Of a stretch of 64,000 nt of DNA, positions 59,042 to 64,000 are shown piece by piece. The stretch's first letter is position 1, and each line of letters opens with the position of its first letter. The stretch comes from Vulcanimicrobiales bacterium (GTDB lineage: Bacteria; Vulcanimicrobiota; Vulcanimicrobiia; Vulcanimicrobiales; Vulcanimicrobiaceae), in contig JBBQQR010000003.1 in NCBI GenBank assembly GCA_038215615.1, positions 1-64,000 on the forward strand, read 5' to 3'. Both the position numbers and the translations under genes were made by a program. Under the pieces are notes generated by a model that saw nothing but the letters and a program-made list of their open reading frames with translations, was not told the origin of the DNA and made no database searches.

Positions 59042-59443
59042 ATGAAGCCTGCATCCAACCCTACGTCTGCGGCCGGTCGCCGATATGCCGTCGAGTTCTC
59101 GATTTCGATGGTCGCCTATGCGGTCGTCCTGATTGTCAGCATCAACGCGATCGAGCACGCCTTGCCACCGGCCCTCAAACTTGTGTTCGCGCTTCTGCCG
59201 CTTATCCCGATCGCGTTCGTCTTTGCAGCGATCGTGCGGTACATGAGCAGCATCGACGAGCTGCAGCGGAGGATTCAGATCGAGTCACTTTCGCTTGCAG
59301 CGGGCATCACCGCGCTGCTCGCCATCACGTACGGATTCCTCGAGACCGTTGGATTGCCGCACCTGAGCGCATGGTACGCTTATGCGGCCGTTATGGTCGC
59401 TTGGCTGATCGCTCAGCCATTCGTGGCGCGACGGTATCGCTGA
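59042..59443 (+). CDS. Four-TM membrane protein
   Basis: Hydrophobic helices, DELQRRIQ loop; ATG 7 nt after the -10 box. Confidence 0.85.
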   Translation: MKPASNPTSAAGRRYAVEFSISMVAYAVVLIVSINAIEHALPPALKLVFALLPLIPIAFVFAAIVRYMSSIDELQRRIQIESLSLAAGITALLAITYGFLETVGLPHLSAWYAYAAVMVAWLIAQPFVARRYR

Positions 59444-59643
59444 TGCGCAACCGCATCCGCGTTCTTCGCGCCGAACGCGAATGGTCGCAGGCCGAAGTGG
59501 CCGATCGCCTCGGCATCGCGCGTCAAACGATAAATGCGCTCGAAACGGGGAAATACGCGCCGAGTCTTCCGCTCGCGTTCAAAATTTCGAAATTGTTTGC
59601 AAAACCGGTCGAAGAGATCTTCGATCCGGCTTCCGAGGAGTAA
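59443..59643 (+). CDS. Cro/C1-type (XRE) HTH regulator
   Basis: MRNRIRVLRAE..WSQ..VA..LG..RQTINALE.GKY.PSL.LA; TGATG overlap. Confidence 0.95.
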   Translation: MRNRIRVLRAEREWSQAEVADRLGIARQTINALETGKYAPSLPLAFKISKLFAKPVEEIFDPASEE

Positions 59644-59646
59644 CAC

Positions 59647-60573
59647 ATGAAGCGCTTTCTTCTTGCGGCAGCCCTAGCCGCGATCGCATCGACGGGTTCC
59701 GCGCGAGCCACGGCGCCGCCACCGCTTCCAACTCCGACCAAGTCTTTCGAAGCAGGCTCAATTCACGTCGAGGTGTACGGAACTCCCGGAAGGCGCGCGC
59801 TGGTTTTCATTCCGGGGTTAACGTGCGGACCGTGGGAGTGGTCGGGCGAGATCGCGCAGCTCTCTCCGTATTATACGATTTATGCGCTCACGCTACCCGG
59901 CTTCGACGGGCATCCCGCAATCAAGACGCCGCTCTTCCAAACAGTCTCCGCCGACTTTTGGACGCTTCTGCAAACCGAGTCGATCGTCAAGCCGGCCGTC
60001 ATCGGACACAGTTTAGGCGGAACGCTCGCCATCATGCTCGCCGAACAGCACTCCGAAAAACTGGGCGGCGTGATATCGGTCGACGGGCTGCCGACCTTTC
60101 CCGGCATGGACAGAATGACGGCCGATCAGCGCGCGCAAGCGGCCGCGCAGATGACGACCGCCATGGCACAGGCTTCGACGCCCACGCAGTTCGCGGCCAT
60201 GGAAAAAATGTACGTTCTGCCCAACCTCATGACGTCGCCCGACGACATCGCAGCCGTAGCTCCCTTGGCCGCACGCAGCGATATTGCGGCGACTGCAGCC
60301 TGGACCGCCGAAGACATCGCGCTCGATCTGCGTCCGCAGCTCACCAAGGTCACGACACCGCTGTTGGTGATCGCGCCGTATGACGCGGCGTTCGAAAGTA
60401 AGGTGCTGCCGGATGCCGCAGCTAAGCGCGGCTACTACGAGTCGCTGCTCGCGAACGACCCCACGGCAAACGTGCAGATGATCGACCCCGCACGGCACTT
60501 CGTCATGTACGACCAGCCGCAGAAACTCCGCGACGCTATCGCGGCGTTTCTAAAACACTACCCGCCGGGCTAG
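59647..60573 (+). CDS. Secreted alpha/beta hydrolase
   Basis: Signal peptide, FIPGL, GHSLGG, RHFVM. Confidence 0.92.
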   Translation: MKRFLLAAALAAIASTGSARATAPPPLPTPTKSFEAGSIHVEVYGTPGRRALVFIPGLTCGPWEWSGEIAQLSPYYTIYALTLPGFDGHPAIKTPLFQTVSADFWTLLQTESIVKPAVIGHSLGGTLAIMLAEQHSEKLGGVISVDGLPTFPGMDRMTADQRAQAAAQMTTAMAQASTPTQFAAMEKMYVLPNLMTSPDDIAAVAPLAARSDIAATAAWTAEDIALDLRPQLTKVTTPLLVIAPYDAAFESKVLPDAAAKRGYYESLLANDPTANVQMIDPARHFVMYDQPQKLRDAIAAFLKHYPPG

Positions 60574-60722
60574 ACGTGCTCATCGGGTTCGGCGTGGTGA
60601 GCGTCCTTTTGGTCGTCGGCGTTCGGATTTAAATCGGTGTCGCCGTAGACGGCTTCAGCCGCCTCGACCTCGTCAGTTTCGCGCTCTGCTTTATCTTCGT
60701 CGTCGAGACGTTCGCGTTCCAT
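60570..60722 (-). CDS. Small highly acidic protein (50 aa), absent from the ORF track
   Basis: AAGGAG SD; MERERLDDEDKAERETDEVEAAEAVYGDTDLNPNADDQKDAHHAEPDEHV*. Confidence 0.7.
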   Translation of the reverse strand: MERERLDDEDKAERETDEVEAAEAVYGDTDLNPNADDQKDAHHAEPDEHV

Positions 60723-60808
60723 AGGAATCTCCTTATTCTTCACGCACGCCGAGTTTCGTCCAAGTGTAGGCGCATTTCTTCGAGATCGAAAATAAACGCG
60801 GGAAAGCG

Positions 60809-61003
60809 TTAGGGCTTCTTCGGTTCGTTCATGCCGAAGAGGTTTTGCTCCATATCGCGATCGTCTTCTTGTGAATCTACGTCGGGGTCAATTTTCTCGT
60901 TGCGCCCGGCATCCTCGCGGCGCGCTCCTCCCGGTTTGGTTTGGTTTTCGGTCAGGTCGTCTTGAAAGATCTCGCCGGCGCGGTCTTTGGGCAGTTTTTC
61001 CAT
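60809..61003 (-). CDS. Small hydrophilic acidic protein (64 aa)
   Basis: ORF with host-like codon use filling the intergenic gap. Confidence 0.6.
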   Translation of the reverse strand: MEKLPKDRAGEIFQDDLTENQTKPGGARREDAGRNEKIDPDVDSQEDDRDMEQNLFGMNEPKKP

Positions 61004-61025
61004 GAAGCGGTCTTACCCGCTTTGT

Positions 61026-61361
61026 TTAAACTCGCGGGGTCGCGCGGAACGAACCCGAGCCGCAGATCTCAACGATCTGATCATTGCTCAGGCGGCGGAA
61101 GCTGACGTTGCAGTACTTGAACGCCTCGCCTGCCTCAGCGGCTTCATAGAGGCCCTGGGCTTCGGGATTGAGGCTCGGATGCTGGCGAACCGTACGGTTT
61201 TTGAAGTTGACGCGGTAGACGAGCTTCTCTCCGAAAAGTGAAACGTCGCCGCGCGCATTTTCATAGCCGCCGTAAATGGGTTCCTGGACCTCCTCGGCGC
61301 CCGCTTGTTTGGCTTTCATGAGAAGGACGTCGACAGGGGCGATTTCGGGTTCGCAGATCAT
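61026..61361 (-). CDS. Hypothetical protein
   Basis: AGGTGA SD before ATG; 111 aa. Confidence 0.65.
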   Translation of the reverse strand: MICEPEIAPVDVLLMKAKQAGAEEVQEPIYGGYENARGDVSLFGEKLVYRVNFKNRTVRQHPSLNPEAQGLYEAAEAGEAFKYCNVSFRRLSNDQIVEICGSGSFRATPRV

Positions 61362-61419
61362 ATCGCTTCACCTAACCCACGCGGCATGACGAAGGTTGCA
61401 CTTCGGCGCAAATCCCGGC

Positions 61420-61806
61420 TCACGCCCGGGGCAGCGTGTTGAAGAGCAAGAAAATGTAGGAAACCGTCCACGCCAGGGTCGCCAATGCCACCGCCTGTTG
61501 GACGGCACTTTGGCGCAAGAAAATTGGCAGTGCGGTGATCGACGCAACCAGCAGCTTCAGACTAAAGTCGGCATTAAACGTCAGGTGCCCGTCGAGCAAA
61601 AATGATTGAACGAACGTGGCCAATATAACGATGACGAGCAGCGAGAAGAACCATTGCCGGTTTTCTTCGTAAGCCCGCCCCATATCTTCGACTCCCGGCG
61701 GCAAGATGAGACCGGAAATCACGTACAGCATCGCCGGCACCGTTATCGTGAAAACGAAAATCGCGAACGTCCAGCCGGTGTGGTTTGCGAGGCTGAAATC
61801 CGACCA
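61420..61806 (-). pseudogene. 5'-truncated multi-TM membrane protein
   Basis: WSDFSLANHTGWTFAIF...LY..S.LILP...Y..NR.WFF looks like the C-terminal half of a membrane family; no start codon and only ~20 bp to the upstream gene. Confidence 0.6.
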
Positions 61807-61825
61807 CTTCCGGGTGCACGCCCCG

Positions 61826-64000
61826 CTATTCCATCAGTTTTTTCGTGAAATAGGTCCACTCCAATGCCGAGGTATGCGCGCGCTCCTTCAGATTGGCGCC
61901 CGATCCGTGGCCGCCTTCAGTGACTTCGTAAAACAGATAGGGCACCTGCATTGCAGACAGGATGGCGGCGAACTTGCGGGCGTGCTGCGGTCCAACGCGA
62001 TCATCCTTGGTCGTCGTCCAAATAAACGGCTCCGGGTAGGCGACCCCCGCACGAAGGTTGTTGTACGGCGAAATTTTCGCCAGGAACGCTTGTTCCGCCG
62101 GAACCGAGACACTGCCGTACTCACCAACCCACGATGCGCCCGCCTGAATTTTTTCGTAGCGCAGCATGTCGAGAAGCGGAACTTGTATGTCGACCGCGTT
62201 CCACATCGAGGGATGCTGCGTAAATTCGACGCCCATAAGTAGGCCGCCGTTGGAACCGCCTTCGATCCCTAAATAACGCGGAGAGGTGATCTTGCGCGCG
62301 ACCACATCCCGGCCCACCGCGTAGAAGTCATCGTAAATACGCTGCCGGTTCGTTTTCAGGCCGGCCTCGTGCCACGCCGGTCCGAACTCGCCGCCGCCGC
62401 GAATATTGGCAAGCACGAATACGCCCCCGCGCTCGAGCCACAGCTTGCCGAGGGTGCCTGAATAGAACGGCGTCTCCGATATCTGGAATCCGCCGTACGC
62501 ATTTATCACCGTTGGGTTGCGCCGGTTTGGTTTCAGGTTTTTAGGATGCACGATAAAGTACGGAATCTTGGTGCCATCGGCGGATGTTGCTTCGTGCTGT
62601 TCGACGACGTCAGCCGAGGCGTTGAACTGCGCGGGAAGCGCTTTCTCAACCGACGCCGTCCCCGTTGATGTATTGACGGCCCACAGGGTGGTCGGGGTCA
62701 AAAAGCTCGTCACTTGCAAGAACGCATTGCCGTTATGCTGGTCGGTGTCGACCAGATTAACCGCCGAGTTGTCGGGGAGATTCAGACGGCGCGAACTCCA
62801 CGTTCCGTTGGCGCGCGGTGAAAAGACGATCCCGCGTCCACGGACGTTTTGATACAGCGCGACCAAAAGCTGCGAACGGGTGGCTTGCACGCCGTCGATC
62901 GATTCCCGCGGTCCAGGCGCGTACACGAGTACCGGATTGAGGTGCGCGGGGTCCGCCTTGGTCGCGGCCAAGTCGATCGCAACGAGCGCGCCCGGCGCAA
63001 ACGCACGGCCGCCCGCCGTCCACGTTTCGTTGGGCGAGAGAATGATTTTTCCGGCCACCAGCGTGCGTATATCTGCCTTGAGCGGCACGGCCAGACGCTG
63101 CAGCCCATTCGCCGTGAAAATGTAGTATTGAGATGTAAAGAACGTCACGCCGCGCCGGATCAGGGTCGCGTGGTTACCGGATCCGTCTTGCAACGTAAAG
63201 GCGTCCGCACTGACATCGCTCTTTTCCCCGCGAAAGACCTCTACTGCGCTGGAAAGCGGCTGTCCGCGCTTCACGCGCTTGATGATGTAGGCGTATCCCG
63301 AGGACGTTAGCTCGCCGGGATTCCACTCGCGCGAAACCAGCAGCGTGTTTGCGTCCTCCCACGCTGCTTGCTGCTTGCCGCGCGCCAGGGTGAATCCGCC
63401 CGGGACAAATGATTGTGTGTGAAGGTCGAATTCGCGAATCGTTCGCGCATCTTCGCCACCGTCAGAAAGCGCCAGCAAACAGCGTTGCTCCGCCGGCCAG
63501 TAGCAATCCACGCCCTCCCACACCCAATTTGCCTTTTCGGATGCTGCCAGGGCGTCCAGGTCCAGCACCGTCGTCCAGTGCGGCGAAGCTGAAGCATAAC
63601 TGGAAGGAGTCGTCCGGCGATAAATGCCTCGCACGTGCTGATCGTCTTGCCAGAAATTATAGATCGCGCCATGAATGATCGACGGTACGGGAATCCGCCC
63701 TTTTGCCTGTGCTATTTTGAGCGCATCAGCGTATAGCGCCGCGTAGTGCGGGTCGCCTTGCAACACCGGAAGCGTTTTAGCATTTTCGGTTTGCACCCAC
63801 GCCATCGATTGCGCACCGTCTTTATCCTCAAGCCAGAGGTACGGATCCGCGCCTGCGGGCGTAACCGGCGGGGCCTGTGCGACGGTCGCCTGCGCGGCGA
63901 GCGCGGAAGATTGGGCGCCGGCCCGTAACGCGAGGTTCTGTCCGAAGATCAGGGCAACGATTAATGCTACGACGCCAAGCGAACGGATAACGCGATTCAT
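61826..64000 (-). CDS. Prolyl oligopeptidase (S9A), secreted
   Basis: DPYLWLE, YGGF, NIRGGGEFG, GGSNGG, DDRV, GGH; ATG at the window edge. Confidence 0.96.
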   Translation of the reverse strand: MNRVIRSLGVVALIVALIFGQNLALRAGAQSSALAAQATVAQAPPVTPAGADPYLWLEDKDGAQSMAWVQTENAKTLPVLQGDPHYAALYADALKIAQAKGRIPVPSIIHGAIYNFWQDDQHVRGIYRRTTPSSYASASPHWTTVLDLDALAASEKANWVWEGVDCYWPAEQRCLLALSDGGEDARTIREFDLHTQSFVPGGFTLARGKQQAAWEDANTLLVSREWNPGELTSSGYAYIIKRVKRGQPLSSAVEVFRGEKSDVSADAFTLQDGSGNHATLIRRGVTFFTSQYYIFTANGLQRLAVPLKADIRTLVAGKIILSPNETWTAGGRAFAPGALVAIDLAATKADPAHLNPVLVYAPGPRESIDGVQATRSQLLVALYQNVRGRGIVFSPRANGTWSSRRLNLPDNSAVNLVDTDQHNGNAFLQVTSFLTPTTLWAVNTSTGTASVEKALPAQFNASADVVEQHEATSADGTKIPYFIVHPKNLKPNRRNPTVINAYGGFQISETPFYSGTLGKLWLERGGVFVLANIRGGGEFGPAWHEAGLKTNRQRIYDDFYAVGRDVVARKITSPRYLGIEGGSNGGLLMGVEFTQHPSMWNAVDIQVPLLDMLRYEKIQAGASWVGEYGSVSVPAEQAFLAKISPYNNLRAGVAYPEPFIWTTTKDDRVGPQHARKFAAILSAMQVPYLFYEVTEGGHGSGANLKERAHTSALEWTYFTKKLME

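Overview
GC-rich bacterial chromosome window. It pairs an LPS-core gene (hldD) and outer-membrane barrels with Firmicutes/Clostridia-like gene order (topA-trmFO-hslVU, def-fmt-rsmB-fhaA-fhaB-PP2C-ftsW, ymdB-spoVS). By inference this is a diderm Terrabacterium, plausibly Eremiobacterota/Vulcanimicrobiota; not verified by search. Most genes are housekeeping: beta-oxidation, ETF, metK/ahcY, an ECF sigma cassette, peptidases. Four things stand out. (1) 42.6-47.5 kb, a putative metal (copper/iron) operon: a membrane leader ORF ending in QRPPP whose last codons base-pair with the next gene's Shine-Dalgarno (ribosome-stalling switch), a Cyc2-like heme/beta-barrel protein fused to a second cytochrome c and a YtkA-like domain, a Tat multicopper oxidase and a DUF318-type permease. 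(2) A ~6.5 kb PICI-like satellite in tRNA-Asn(GTT): 47-bp att repeat, integrase, excisionase, P4-type helicase, inverted-iteron origin, a predicted ~48-nt antisense RNA over the helicase start, TerS and a TerL remnant; a third, covarying tRNA fragment lies 3.6 kb away. (3) Three intact operon-internal genes lack an ATG/GTG/TTG start before their conserved N-termini. (4) A GRKK-repeat histone/protamine-like protein is divergent from topA. All family calls come from motif recognition by eye; no database searches were run.
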